A DNA stretch of 58,226 bases. It comes from Octopus sinensis (taxonomy: Eukaryota). A program made the translations under genes and the position numbers. The notes under the pieces were generated by a model that worked only from the letters and a program-made list of their open reading frames with translations, was not told where the DNA came from and made no database searches. Shown in pieces: positions 38,981 to 50,940 of this stretch. How positions within the stretch are numbered: position 1 is the stretch's first letter; every line of letters begins with the position of its first letter. The stretch lies in assembly GCF_006345805.1 (NCBI RefSeq), contig NW_021829897.1:1-58226 (forward strand). The letters are read 5' to 3'.

Positions 38981-39269
38981 CCTATTGTATATATAAATAT
39001 ATGCATACACAGATATATACGCTTATGTACTATTTATACACCATTGTGCAAGGCAAGGTTAGGCAGGGATGGGCAAGGCCAGGCGCTACCATCACGTACT
39101 TAATTCACCGATTTCTCCACCATATGTTGTTGTAATCAATACAATCTGGGCTGATACACATTATCATATGAATGTATGTGTATGGATATACAAACATAGG
39201 TTTACATATGTGTATATGTTTGCACATATATTCATATATACGTATATATGTATATGTGCGTATATACAT

Positions 39270-39301
<32 letters not shown>

Positions 39302-39404
39302 TATATTATGAGCATATGAACATACACATGTATACGTGTTTAGATATAATATATGTTTATATATGTTTGTATATATATGTATATACAAATGTATACGTGT
39401 ATAT

Positions 39405-39457
<53 letters not shown>

Positions 39458-40102
39458 TATATATAAATATATATATATCCATACATACATATGCATATAC
39501 ATACGCACGCATATTCATATATGTACACACATATTACATTAATGTGGACATGCCACCGAAAGAGCCTCTTTGTTCATAGCTTGACCCACAAAGATTGAAA
39601 GTCGAACCTTTTATTATATTTATCGCACGCATACAAACAATCTTCAAAAGAGAAGAGCGCATCTGAAAAGTACGAGACCACGTGAACATAAAGTCACGGC
39701 TGGAACATTTTTGACCTATGACGAAAGCTTATGTTATGCTACACAACAAAACGTGAGAGGCAACGTCATCAAATGGCAACAACAACAACAACAACAACAA
39801 CAATATAAATATCGTTTTTTCTTTCGAGCTTCAGTATTTGGGCCGTGGTACTAGTGAATGTTGCTCGTGCGCAATTGAAAGTTCACGGAATATGCGCAGT
39901 GATTTGAGTGGAGGTGGAAAGTATAAATGAAATATGGGTGACACGGAAGGAGAAGAGACAAGTGAATTGGGGAGTGCATGAATGGAGATAGTATGAAACT
40001 AGTTAGTCAGCTCCTGTCCCCACAAACCACTTTCTCTATCTCTTTCTACTTTCGATCACTTCAGCAATGTAACGACACGCGTGCTGTTGGCCCATTTCTT
40101 TT

Positions 40103-40129
40103 CCGACGAAGAGCTTTGCTCGAAACGTC
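40103..40129 (+). ncRNA. Putative minimal hammerhead core in element C2 (40012-40129)
   Basis: CCGACGA A GAGC-TTT-GCTC GAAAC GTC. The stem I partner is absent. Confidence 0.45.
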
Positions 40130-40609
40130 TCGTGGCCAAGCAGTTACTGTAAATACCACACGCTTGATTGTGACTCACTTCTAAGACCTTTATCTTACCT
40201 GTATTTGTACATCAACGTATGCACAGAAACACAAACAGGTGTGTACGAACGAATTACACTCAACATCAGTTATCTGCTGAGAAGTTGTGCTTGGATAAAC
40301 AAGAAAAGCACTCGGAGAGCGCAGACCACCGCCAAGCAGCTCATTTCCACCCATATACACACATGCTGAAAGTTACCCAATTTCCCAAACCAACGCCAGC
40401 AAAAACATAACCTCCTTGGTGGGGTTAAAAAAAAATAACACAGCCATAAGGTTTTTTTTTTTTAAAACTTTAAAAACAGGAATCATCTGAAGCAGTTATA
40501 ATCAATGACAACAGCAAGCTAGTTTCACCATACAACTATAAAAAAAACAATTACCTAAAACTTGAGTGATACACATACAACGCGAGTAAAATTACTAATA
40601 GAGAAGCGA

Positions 40610-40916
40610 AAATATACTTTGGAAACAGCAACGCCACCATAGGTTACTTTGAAACTATGAACGTGTTTTCAAGGGAGATAATCAAAGAATGTAACGTAAT
40701 ACTTCATGTAAAGTAAATATAACAAATGAAAAATCTTTCAAGAATCCATAAAAATTTCCGGATCACTACCAAAATTTCATCATCTGTTTCTTGTTTCATT
40801 ACCAACTTTTCCTGCGAGTTTCATCAAATACCATTTACAACTTTTTGAGTTATTTTGCACACAGACGGACAAACCAACGCCGATGAAAGCATAACATCGT
40901 TCCTTGCCGGAAGTAA
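40610..40916. mobile_element. Helentron/DINE-1-like element, with a second end at about 40400-40427
   Basis: Shares ctttggaaacagcaac..tttcaagggagataatc..ttcatgtaaagt with 18530-18773. aaacataacctccttggtggggttaa lies at 40402-40427. Confidence 0.5.
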
Positions 40917-41462
40917 TTAAGCTTACACCAAGAAAATATGTTACTTCAGAAAAGACTTAACATGTCATAGTTGATTCTAAACTATTTGCTTTCACTTTTT
41001 CAAAGGCCACTTTAAACAACAGCAGTTAACATCAAAGATAAAAGCCGGAGAAACTACTACACATCAAAACAGGTTCCAACCATACACCTTCTATTATCAA
41101 GAATTTGGTCAAAAACATTAATATATAATTATCTGACAGTTTTGCGGATAACGCTTCGTTCAATAGAGTGTTTTAATATTACAATGGTGCGCGAATGTTG
41201 AGTTGTTTCAAAGATAAAATCAGTTACATAGTAAACAACCCTTCCAAGTCACTTTTTCACAAACACTTCAAATCACGAAGTAATATGGTTCAATGTAATG
41301 TTTGTTTAAATAAATATCGCAAGACTATTTTCGATTTTGTCACAGACTCTTCCGTGACAACCGTAAAAGCTGCAAAATACACAAGAAGATATTAATTTAC
41401 AGTACCATACTTGTACATAATATAAGGTTGTAGCTGAATTTCGCGTCGGATATAACTAATAG

Positions 41463-41880
41463 AGAGCTTGCTAGGGGTACTAGGTCTGTGGGTAGACCGA
41501 TCTTACGTTACAAGGATGTTTTCAAAAGGGACATGAAGGCCTGCAACATCAATATTAGCGGTTGGGAGGCAGATGCCGGCAACCGTGGAGAATGGCGACG
41601 TACCGTAAAAGAGGGAATACAAAGGAGTGACAGAGAGAGAGAGAGAGAGAGGAGAAATGGAAAGAAAAGAAGAGACGTCAACAAGAGACTATGGCATTAC
41701 AACCAGCCAGGAACAGTCTTCGCTACATTTGCGGTACCTGCCAGAGGGAGTGTTTGTCCAGGATAGGACTACACAGCCACAGCAGGAAATGTATCAGGAC
41801 ATGAAATATAAAAGCCGGACTAGACTACTTTATGCGCAACTCCATTGTCTCCCGAGACAGAAAGGATGCCAACCAACCAA
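41463..41880 (+). mobile_element. RTE-clade LINE 3' end
   Basis: ELARGTRSVGRPILRYKDVFKRDMKACNI..WE..A.NR.EWR..VKEG then CGTCQRECLSRIGLHSHSRKC (C2H2), stop at about 41804, (ccaa)n tail. Confidence 0.85.
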
Positions 41881-42492
41881 TAACTAATATTAAAGCGAGA
41901 AACAATGTTACAAACGTTTTAACCAATTTACAGCTTGATCATACGATCGACAAACAGGATTATGTTTTTCCACTTCAACTTTCGAATCCGTAGAGCGACA
42001 CCACAAGAATGAAATCCCAACTACTTGATACCAAGAATAACTTCTTTTAAGCAGTCCCTATTTTGAATAAATCAACAAGGATCAAACTATAAATACTCTT
42101 GGTTATAATAGTGAAGTTTACCATACCAAGCTTGACGTTTAAGTTTTAGTTTGCAGTTTTTGAAGATATAGTTTACAAAGAGTGATGTGTATTTTCCACT
42201 TTTCCAAACCCTCACGGAACTTTCAAAGTCAGTTGTGAATTACTCTTTTTGTCTCCCTTTAAAACTATTGTATATCTGAGGCCTCCTCCCTTTAAAAGGA
42301 TTATATTTTTTTGAGTCTGTCCTAAATTTTTTTACCCACTCTGAATTATCCTCAATTTGTTGTCTCCCTTTGTTTTTTGCAGGGATAAACTTCAAACACC
42401 ACTCTTTCAAACTTCCTTGAGCCAAATATATTTCTGTAACAAATCGATGCAGTTCACCAGTTATGCCGAATTGTTGAGTTTATCCGATTTTA

Positions 42493-43069
42493 TGGCCCCA
42501 CACACAATAACCAAGAGGGTTGCAGTTTGGGAAGTTAGCTGGCCAGATGTTCGGGGTGATATGGTCGCAGAAATTGTCTGACAGCCATGACTAGATTCTC
42601 CTGCTTGTGTGGCATGGTGCAGAGTCCTCTTGCCAGATATAGAGTCTTCCAGCAACCACCCTCTTGATCCAGGACAGCATTACCTCCTGTTGGCATTTGA
42701 TGTAGGCCTTCGTGTTGAGTCTGAGGACGTGTAGGAAGATGAATGGAGGCATAATGTTGCCATCACAAGGAAACACTCCAAACACCATGATGTTGACTGG
42801 ATGTTTGATTTTTATCACTCTTGGTGCATGTTTTCGGGACATGGCAAGCCAATGGTTGTTCTGGGTGTTCGCATCTATTCGTATTGGAGCTTCCGGCGCG
42901 AATGCCAAGCAGTACAGCATGTCGATTCCAAATTTCTGGCTGAGTGAATTGCGTCATGCGGTGCCCAACTGACCCTACTATTCTGTGTAGTCGACAAAAT
43001 CAAACACAAACAATGCGTATTCGCGAAATTAAATATATAAGATGGCCACAATTTATCCATCGCATCCTG
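42493..43069 (-). mobile_element. Internally deleted Tc1/mariner-superfamily transposon
   Basis: TA|CAGGATGCG end. MTQFTQPEIWNRHAVLLGIRAG, then a deletion, then KHPVNIMVFG..WQEDSAPCHTS..WLSDNF..IWPANFPNCNPLGYCVWG. Confidence 0.85.
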
Positions 43070-43242
43070 TATATGTATAATATGTATATATCAGTGGCGT
43101 GCGGTTAGTTCTGAGGTTGGTCATGCAATAATTACTTGGCGCACATGTTGAAGATGTAACCCAACCCCATCCTTTAAAACTTTTTTTTAACTGAAACCCA
43201 CGTTTTCGGTTATGGAGATTCCGATTATGAAAAAAAATTTGT

Positions 43243-44843
43243 GGATCTTTTCATTTTGAAGGCCAGATTTTTCAGATTTTTCTAGTTAACTAAATAATTT
43301 GAAACTTCGTATACTGGTAGAATGTGTTAAAAGAAAACATTAATTTCAACTAGTTTTTTTGAGAAAAATGTATTTTATACGTTTAAACGTAGTTTAAATC
43401 TGCGAATTTTAACCAATCGTATTGTCTGTTTTCATTTGAAATCATTAACTGCATAGTGTTACTGTGACGTAGACAGCTATTTTGTGAAAAGTTTAAACAG
43501 CCTGAGTAAGCAGTAAGCAAACAGCTGTGGTAGATGTGGTTATCATGGCAGTGGTGGTGGTGGTGGTGGTGTAGTGGTGACAGTGGATGTGTATGATGGC
43601 AGCAATTATAGTGTTGGTGTTTTTGTAGAGGTGGTGGTAGTGGTGGCGGCAGTGGATGATGATAGTAGTAGTGGCATTGATTATGTTAGGATGTCTCAGT
43701 AGTGGTTGTGAAAATGATTCTGATATTGATAGTCTTTGCATTGAGGTGGTGGCAGAGTCAGAGTAAATAATAAGAGCCCAGTTAACACAAGATTCTTAAA
43801 TTTCGGAGATCATAAGATAGAGAGCAAGAAGTTAAAAGTTCCAATACTGGCCCAATTCCTACACCCCAGATTCTTCAACTATTTTATAAGAAAGGGGTTA
43901 ATGGCAGGATAGGGATTCAGCTTAAAAATAAATTGTATAACAAAAAATACATAAATAAATTACTGCTCCAACGATGTAATTTTAGTATGTGTGTATGTAT
44001 GTATGTGTGTGTGTGTGTGTGTGTATGTATGGATCAAAACAGTTTGATTCAAATTCTGTGGTACTTATATATTCATACATACATATACATGTAGATGTAT
44101 ATAACATATATATATATTGTATGTAAACATCTTTTATATATATATATAATGTATGCATCTATAATACACACACATTATAAATATATACACATATATGCAT
44201 ATGCATTAGAATATGTGTGTATAGGTGTATATATATATATATATATAATATATATATATATATATACATGCATATGTTTGTATACATGTGTGTGTAGCTA
44301 TTTAGGATCTACACAAATTTTATATATACTCCACGAAGTTTGAAAGTGTTTAGTTAGAAAAAAATATTTTTTAAATCTGTAGGTCAAAGGTAAAGATCCG
44401 GTATTTAAAATTTTTGTTGCATTTCTAATCTTTCCGATGTTTAAGGATGGATATTTATGCGTATGAATCTTTTTCTTTTTATTTTGTTTCAAATATAATT
44501 CTAGGGAACTGAAAAAGCTTTGTACGATGCCAAGCGAATTTAGCTGTTTACAATAAGTGGATGTTTACATTTTAGCTATTTACATGTTTACGTTAACTAC
44601 GTCACAAAATAGCTGTTTACGTCACAGTAACAATATTTTGAGAGGCAGTAAATGATATGAAGTCGAAAGAAAGAATACCATTGGTTAAAATTCGAATTAT
44701 TAAACAACGTTAAACTTAGAAATTACAATTCCGTTTTCATTTTGGTTTACAATTATGTTTTCTTTTGACACATTCTACCAGTATACGAAGTTTCAAATTG
44801 TTTAGTTAACTAGGAAAATCTGGCCTTCAAAATGAAAAGATCC
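43243..44843. repeat. Inverted pair of about 250 bp repeats (43243-43495 and 44595-44843)
   Basis: ggatcttttcattttgaaggccaga..gaaacttcgtatactggtagaatgtg and gttactgtgacgtagacagctattttgtga each have a reverse-complement partner in the right arm. Confidence 0.7.
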
Positions 44844-46859
44844 AAATTTGGCGAAAATCGCAACTTCAAAATTTCAATTCCCCATCATTTCTTCATTTTT
44901 TACTTTTTTCAGAATTCTTTGTGTGTGTGTGTGTGTGTGTGGGTGGGTGGGGATACATAGAAAAATACGGAGATTATGATTCTGAAAAAAAAAAAACTTG
45001 GTAAAATTTTAATTTTTCAAAAAAAAAACACAAAAAAACCCCAGAAAAAACAGAAATTACCCCAACCCCGTCTCTATTCTATCACTTATATGAGCTAAAG
45101 GTATGTTTCTGCCAGTGCTTACATTTGGTAAGATAGCTCTATAAGTGTGTTAACAAGGTGATTCTTAGAGAAGAAAATATGGAAGAGTCACAAATGTTAC
45201 AAAATCCTTCTATTGACTTCAAGCAGGCCGTTCACATGCTAGAAATAACAGCCAAATCTTACAGGAATTTGTTAGGCGAAAAAAAAAAAAAAACTGCGAT
45301 AAAATAATAAAAGAAATATGTAATCAATCTACTCACCTTTCTGCAAAGATTTCTTTCAGAGAAATTTCAGAGAAATGTCGTATGGTGTGACAAAGTTGTA
45401 AAAAAGAGTTTGTTGGAGATTCGACTTATTTCTGCACTCATATTTTTTTGTAACTTTCAAGTTTCATTTTGTAGAAAAAACATTCAGTTGTAAAAAATAA
45501 ACCAAAAAAAAAAAAAACAACAACAAAAAATAAAACAAAACAAAAAAAAAGAAAACCCAAAAAGCAATGAACGCTTTGATTTCACTTTGTCACAGTGTAC
45601 CTCATTTTACTACGATCGTAAATCGTAAATCAGTTTCATCAAAACGGAAAGATAATTTTAGTAAATGAACGAAAGACAAATTAGCTATATTATATTTCTA
45701 ATTTCAGAATTTTTTTATTCAATACACAGAGGATGGTTATTGATAATAATTTCAAAACTTGCGACAGAATGAAATAGATATTTCAAAGTCACGGCAACAT
45801 TTGAGCTGACTAATTAAGAATATGTTTTGGTCAGAATTTTCACGGGTCAAAAAGTCAAACCCATTCAACATTTAGCCTGTCGTATTAGCGATATCAATTA
45901 CAAAGAATTGTTGACAAAGAAAAACTTATAGAAAGGAAGGTGGAGCCAAAGCGTGCGTTTTTCTGAAAGCATGCCTTCCGTACTTATTTTATCGAAATGA
46001 AAAAAGGAATCGTACAGGCATTGAAATGATAGTTATTGAAAGATAGGAATGGGGACAAAAGATTTCAAATGCATTTTTCTTTAAGCATGCCTAGTGGAAG
46101 CAAAATGGAAACACAGCGAACTATCAACTGGACAACGTTCTCAAATTGATTTTTGAGTTATATAAAATTCAACGGATTCCTTTCCCCTTTTCTTTTTCTC
46201 GTTCCTCCTCTCACATTTCTTGGCCCCCTCTTTCTTTAATTCCTACTTTTCCCCCTCGTTTATCTCCCTTGTACCTTTCCCTTTGTCCCTTCAATTTTAT
46301 CTCTTTCTCCCACTAATCCTTCAATCCCTCTGCCCATTACCCCTCTCTTCTCCTTCCACGTGACCGGTGTTCGGCCAGGCGTGATCTTTCTTTCTTGGCT
46401 TGACTGCCGACCGCTAACATCTCTTATGCCCAACTCCTATGTTCCTGCTTCAAGGCTTTCACTCTATAGACGCCAGCTCAATTTATTAGTCGAAAGACAC
46501 CTGTTGTTATCTTGTTGTTTGTATTTGTAAGTGTGTAACATCTACGTTTTGTCGTACAAATTGGCTTGCTTTTTCACAAAAAATCTAAAGCTCTTAGACT
46601 TTTTACGGGCAATCAGATTTGAACAGTCTCAAGTGTAGTTGCCCGAAACTGTAAGGAGAATCTGGAAACTTGATTCATGAGAGGCCACGAACGACCCGTC
46701 CTTCTTTTTTCCCTGTCCCTCTATTTGCTGCTTTTCCTGTCCGCCTTTTTATCGTCTATCTGCCCGGTGTTTTATTGTCCTCTATTGTGTTTTTATTCCG
46801 TGTACCGTTGGCGATTTCCCCCCTCTGTCTTCCCTTCTCTGGATCTTTCCTTCTCCTAT

Positions 46860-46894
46860 GTTTCCGACGAAGAGCTCCGCTCGAAACGTTAAAC
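46860..46894 (+). ncRNA. Putative minimal type I hammerhead ribozyme (U4C core variant)
   Basis: GTTT CCGACGA A GAGC-TCC-GCTC GAAAC GTT| AAAC. Stem I is GTTT/AAAC and stem III is the palindrome ACGT. Confidence 0.6.
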
Positions 46895-46933
46895 CCTCCT
46901 TCTTTCCTTCTTTCCTGAGCGTCCAATAATACT

Positions 46934-47323
46934 GTGGAGGCGCAATGGCCCAGTGGTTAGGGCAGCGGACTCGCGGTCGGAGGATCGCGGTTTCGATTCC
47001 CAGACCGGGCGTTGTGTGTGTTTATTGAGCGAAAACACCGAAAGCTCCACGAGGCTCCGGCAGGGGTGGTGGCGACCCCTGTTGTACTCTTTCGCCTCAA
47101 CTTTCTCTCACTCCACTCTTACTTCCTGTTTCTGTTGTACCTGTATTTCAAGGGGCCGGCCTTGTCACTCTCTGTGTCACGCTGAATATCCCTGAGAACT
47201 ACGTTAAGGGTGCACGTGTCTGTGGAGTGCTCAGCCACTTACACGTTAATTTCACGAGCAGGCTGTTCCGTTGATTCGGATCAACCGGAACCCTCGTCGT
47301 CGTAACCGACGGAGTGCTTCCAT
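46934..47323 (+). mobile_element. tRNA-derived SINE family B, full length, with 12 bp target-site duplication
   Basis: tccaataatact occurs at 46922-46933 and 47324-47335. A and B boxes are present in the head. Confidence 0.95.
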
Positions 47324-47984
47324 TCCAATAATACTATATTTGTTCCACGTCCTCGCGTTGTTGTGATTTTTTTTGTGCTTTCATGTTTGGATTAACTATA
47401 TATATATATATATATGAGTAGTATTGGTATCCAGAAGACCAAAGATGGCAAGTAAGGCTGTGTACGTTCTACGGGAGGCCCGTCATTAGACTCTCGGTAC
47501 GAGTGAGGAGTCTAATGCGGGTCTTGTGCAAGCATGTATATGTTAAATGAGATGAGACAATAAAACCAATGTTGTGTGGAACTTATAGGACATTTATAAA
47601 GAGAAACACATGCACATACACATATTGAACACATACACATACACACACGCACACACAAACATTTGAATTCAAAACCTTGAGATTGTTCAGTTGTATTACC
47701 ACAAACGTGACAGTTCCACAGCTGGCATACAGACTTAAAAGAATGAACGACCAGAGACTTCACAAACCGTTTATGTAGGTGATAGATCTACTAGAAACAG
47801 CTGTGACATTTCTTCCCAAACCACGCCTTAGCACAAACGTTTTTAAACGGGGCGCTTGTAAGTGATCCACAGATTAAAAAACAAAATTATTCAAACCGAG
47901 ATCCATTTTAATACTTGACCATCTTGGAAAACAAAAAAAACCCAAACAACGCGTGTTGTTCACAATCTTATTGTATATAAATAT

Positions 47985-48170
47985 CACGTGATCACGTGAC
48001 CGACCTGACTATCGATGCTGTTACACATCGGTGGTCACAATGAGCTTTGCATTGTTTTAGCCATGAAATGACGCTACCCAGCTGGCCAGGCGAGCGGGCT
48101 AACACTCTCCTTTGATCGAGAGGGGACTGGAGCGACGTGAAATGAAGTGTTTTGCTCAAGAACACAACGC
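47985..48170 (-). mobile_element. SINE fragment related to family F
   Basis: Shares ctggagcgacgtgaaatgaagtgttttgctcaagaaca with 16335-16375. Confidence 0.5.
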
Positions 48171-48261
48171 ACACATACATACACACACACACACACACTC
48201 ACATAATTGTCATTAGACAATTGAAATTTTTCTTTTTGGTTTTATATTGCGTATAACTGCC

Positions 48262-48640
48262 AGGAGTAGCTGTGTGGTAAGTAGCTTGCTTACTAACCAC
48301 ATGATTCCGGGTTCAGTCTCACTGCGGGTCTTCTACTATAGCCTCGGGCCGACCAAAGCCTTGTGAGTAGATTTGGTAGACGGAAACTGAAAGAAGCCCG
48401 TCGTATATATGTATATATATGTGTGTGTGTGTGTGTGTTTGTTTGTCTGTGTTTGTCCCCCTAGCCTTGCTTGACAACCGATGCTGGTATGTTTATGTCA
48501 CCGTAACCTAGCGGTTCGGCAAAAGAGACCGATAGAATAAGTACTAGGCTTACAAAGAATAAGTCCCGGGGTCGATTTGCTCGACTAAAGGCGGTGCTCC
48601 AGCATGGCCGTAGTCAAATGACTGAAACAAGTAAAAGACT

Positions 48641-48647
<7 letters not shown>
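48262..48647 (+). mobile_element. SINE family A with a small deletion in the head
   Basis: Match to 52410-52850. Confidence 0.9.
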
Positions 48648-48693
<46 letters not shown>

Positions 48694-48698
<5 letters not shown>

Positions 48699-49489
48699 AA
48701 TGAATTTTTTTATATATAATGAACGTGAAATACAGGAAGGGACGAACACGGAACACAGACAAATCATTCGAAGCCTTCAATCTTCAGTCAGACAACCGAA
48801 TCATCATAGCAAATTTCGGCTGTTCAATTCTGATATTTGCTCCAACTCGGCCAGCCCCAAGAAAAAAACTAAGCTGTAAGCATTAGATTTCTTGGTAGAA
48901 GACAGGAATGTGAACGCACAAGACGGATGTGAATACAAGAGACGAAAACGAAATTGAAAACAGTAATGAATAAACAAAACATATATAACGATGGTTGTCA
49001 TACGACTTTAGACCAAATGAGACAAAAACACAACAACAACATAGCTGGCGTAGAAATAATTACCGTTTCGGTAGCGGGGACACATGTTGGTCGAGATACG
49101 AAGGCCAACAGAATGGTTTAAGAAGCAGCAGGTCGCAGGAGAGAGAGAAAAAGAGAGACAGAGAGAGAGGGAATCAAAGAGGCTGGAAGGCAGGGGACAG
49201 AATCAGTGACCAAGAGAAAAGGAGAAAGAAGGGATTAAGGAGGATGGGAGGAAGAGGGGAGGAAGAGAGGGGAAGAATCGGAGGGCGCCAAAAAGTTTGG
49301 TGAAGAAGCAATGGCGGGTAGTAAAAGACAGTGTGTATAGAAGTCGTGCAGGGTTTAAAATTGGACAAACAAACGGGGGGGTGCACGTAACGCCGCAATA
49401 ATATAAGAATGAATGTTTTTATATATAATGAACGTGAAATACAGGAAGGGACGAACACGGAACACAGACAAATCATTCGAAGCCTTCAA
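48694..49489. mobile_element. About 800 bp non-coding element bounded by 87 bp direct repeats
   Basis: ataagaatgaat..gaagggacgaacacggaacacagacaaatcattcgaagccttcaa occurs at 48694-48780 and 49403-49489. Confidence 0.55.
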
Positions 49490-49921
49490 ATGTATACATA
49501 TGCTTTTCAAAATTTTGTAAATGTTGCTTATTATTGTTTTGATTTTATTAATGTACGTCACGAAAAGAAAAATAGTGAAAACTATTGCCTCACCTTCTTA
49601 TAAAAGGAAAAGCTCATTTGATATCTTGGATACATTGTATAGAAATAAAATGGGATGATCATCGCCGCCAGAACGCTTTGACTATGGATGTGTTTGATAA
49701 GATCTGACTTGTAAACTAAATAATAACAGGAACAGCCAGCACGGCTTTCATAATAACACTTTTTGTTTAGTTATCAAAATCTATGCGCTTAAAAGTTTTG
49801 ACGGAACCGAAAACCAAATAAACAAATTAAACAAAAAGAGGAAAAGCAAGACAGACAAACTAACATTAAAAGTCCATCAACTGGAAGCCTTTAGCTGAGA
49901 ACGATAAAATTACTGCTTATA

Positions 49922-50092
49922 TAGGCGCAGCTATGTATGCGTAGTTAAGAAGCTCGCTTTGCAACCATATGGATACGGGTTCAATACTACTGCGCGGCAT
50001 CTTGGGTAAGCGTCTTCCACTATAATCCCCGGCCAAGCAATTGCTTTTTAGTGAATTTAGCCTGACGGAAATTGTGTGGAAGCCTGTCGTAT
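49922..50092 (+). mobile_element. Old SINE family A head
   Basis: Diverged head ending ggaagcctgtcg, followed by (CA)n(TA)n. Confidence 0.6.
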
Positions 50093-50109
50093 ATAAATAC
50101 ATACACACA

Positions 50110-50179
<70 letters not shown>

Positions 50180-50644
50180 CTCAAAGTAAGTTAGGGGTTG
50201 TGGGTCCAACCCACTAAGGGATAATATCTATCCAATATACTGTTGGTATAATACCCATTTATTAATACACAAGTGTTTTTAATTGCATTGCAATTAACTT
50301 ACCTATTGTATTAAATGGGTCAAGGTAAAGAGATATTTTACCCTCATTTTCAACTGCCTATTACCTCAATACACTTGACTAATATAGGCAGAATTAGATG
50401 CTTTTATCTATAGGCTGACACAGCTGTAAGTGATTTTAATAATTTATATTCATTTTTTAAATAATTGCTTGTATTCTTATTTTATATGCATAGAATAATA
50501 TGTATTCTTATTTTATATGCATAGCATAATATACTATATCTATGTATGTTATTATGGTTGTCGCTTTGATAAATAAATGAATAAATAAATAAATAAATAA
50601 ATAAGTTAACTTGATGAACCAACTATTGTGCTTCTCCATTTTCT

Positions 50645-50675
<31 letters not shown>

Positions 50676-50730
50676 GCGTGTGTGTGTGCGTATGTGTATG
50701 TGTCTATGTGTGCGTATATATATTCAAAAT

Positions 50731-50880
50731 GTGACCGCGTGTGTACCGTCGGCGATTCATTTTCCTCCGTCTTCCCTTCCTTGGATCTTTCCTTTCCTGA
50801 GCGTCCAATAACACTATACTTGTTCCACGTCCTCGCGTTGTTGTGTTTTCTCTTTGTGTTTTCGTGTTTGGATTAACTTT
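50731..50880 (+). mobile_element. Element C1 copy lacking both the hammerhead and the SINE B insertion
   Basis: ggatctttcctttcctgagcgtccaataacactatacttgttccacgtcctcgcgttg. Confidence 0.75.
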
Positions 50881-50909
50881 ATATATATTATATATATATA
50901 ATATATATA

Positions 50910-50940
<31 letters not shown>

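Larger units (their letters stand above)
46795..47400 (+). mobile_element. Hammerhead-bearing non-coding element, subfamily C1 (split by SINE B)
   Basis: Homologous to 50740-50880 on both sides of the SINE. Confidence 0.6.

Noticed and set aside
41195-41395. BED-finger-like HF..QCNVC in a 66 aa ORF
   Set aside because: The downstream His residues and any hAT transposase context are missing.
45337-45441. Minus-strand first coding exon ending at a strong AAAG|GTGAGT donor
   Set aside because: Careful translation from the ATG at 45441 gives MSAEISRISNKLFFTTLSHHTTFL and a stop before the donor. A non-coding exon remains possible but is unsupported.
46934-47010. tRNA genes at the SINE B, A and F heads
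   Set aside because: A and B boxes are present, but the anticodon and acceptor stems do not pair and each head continues into a SINE body.
48760-48800. Hammerhead on the minus strand (CTGAAGA..GAAG-G-CTTC-GAAT)
   Set aside because: The stem II loop is too short, GAAA is absent and there is no stem I pairing.
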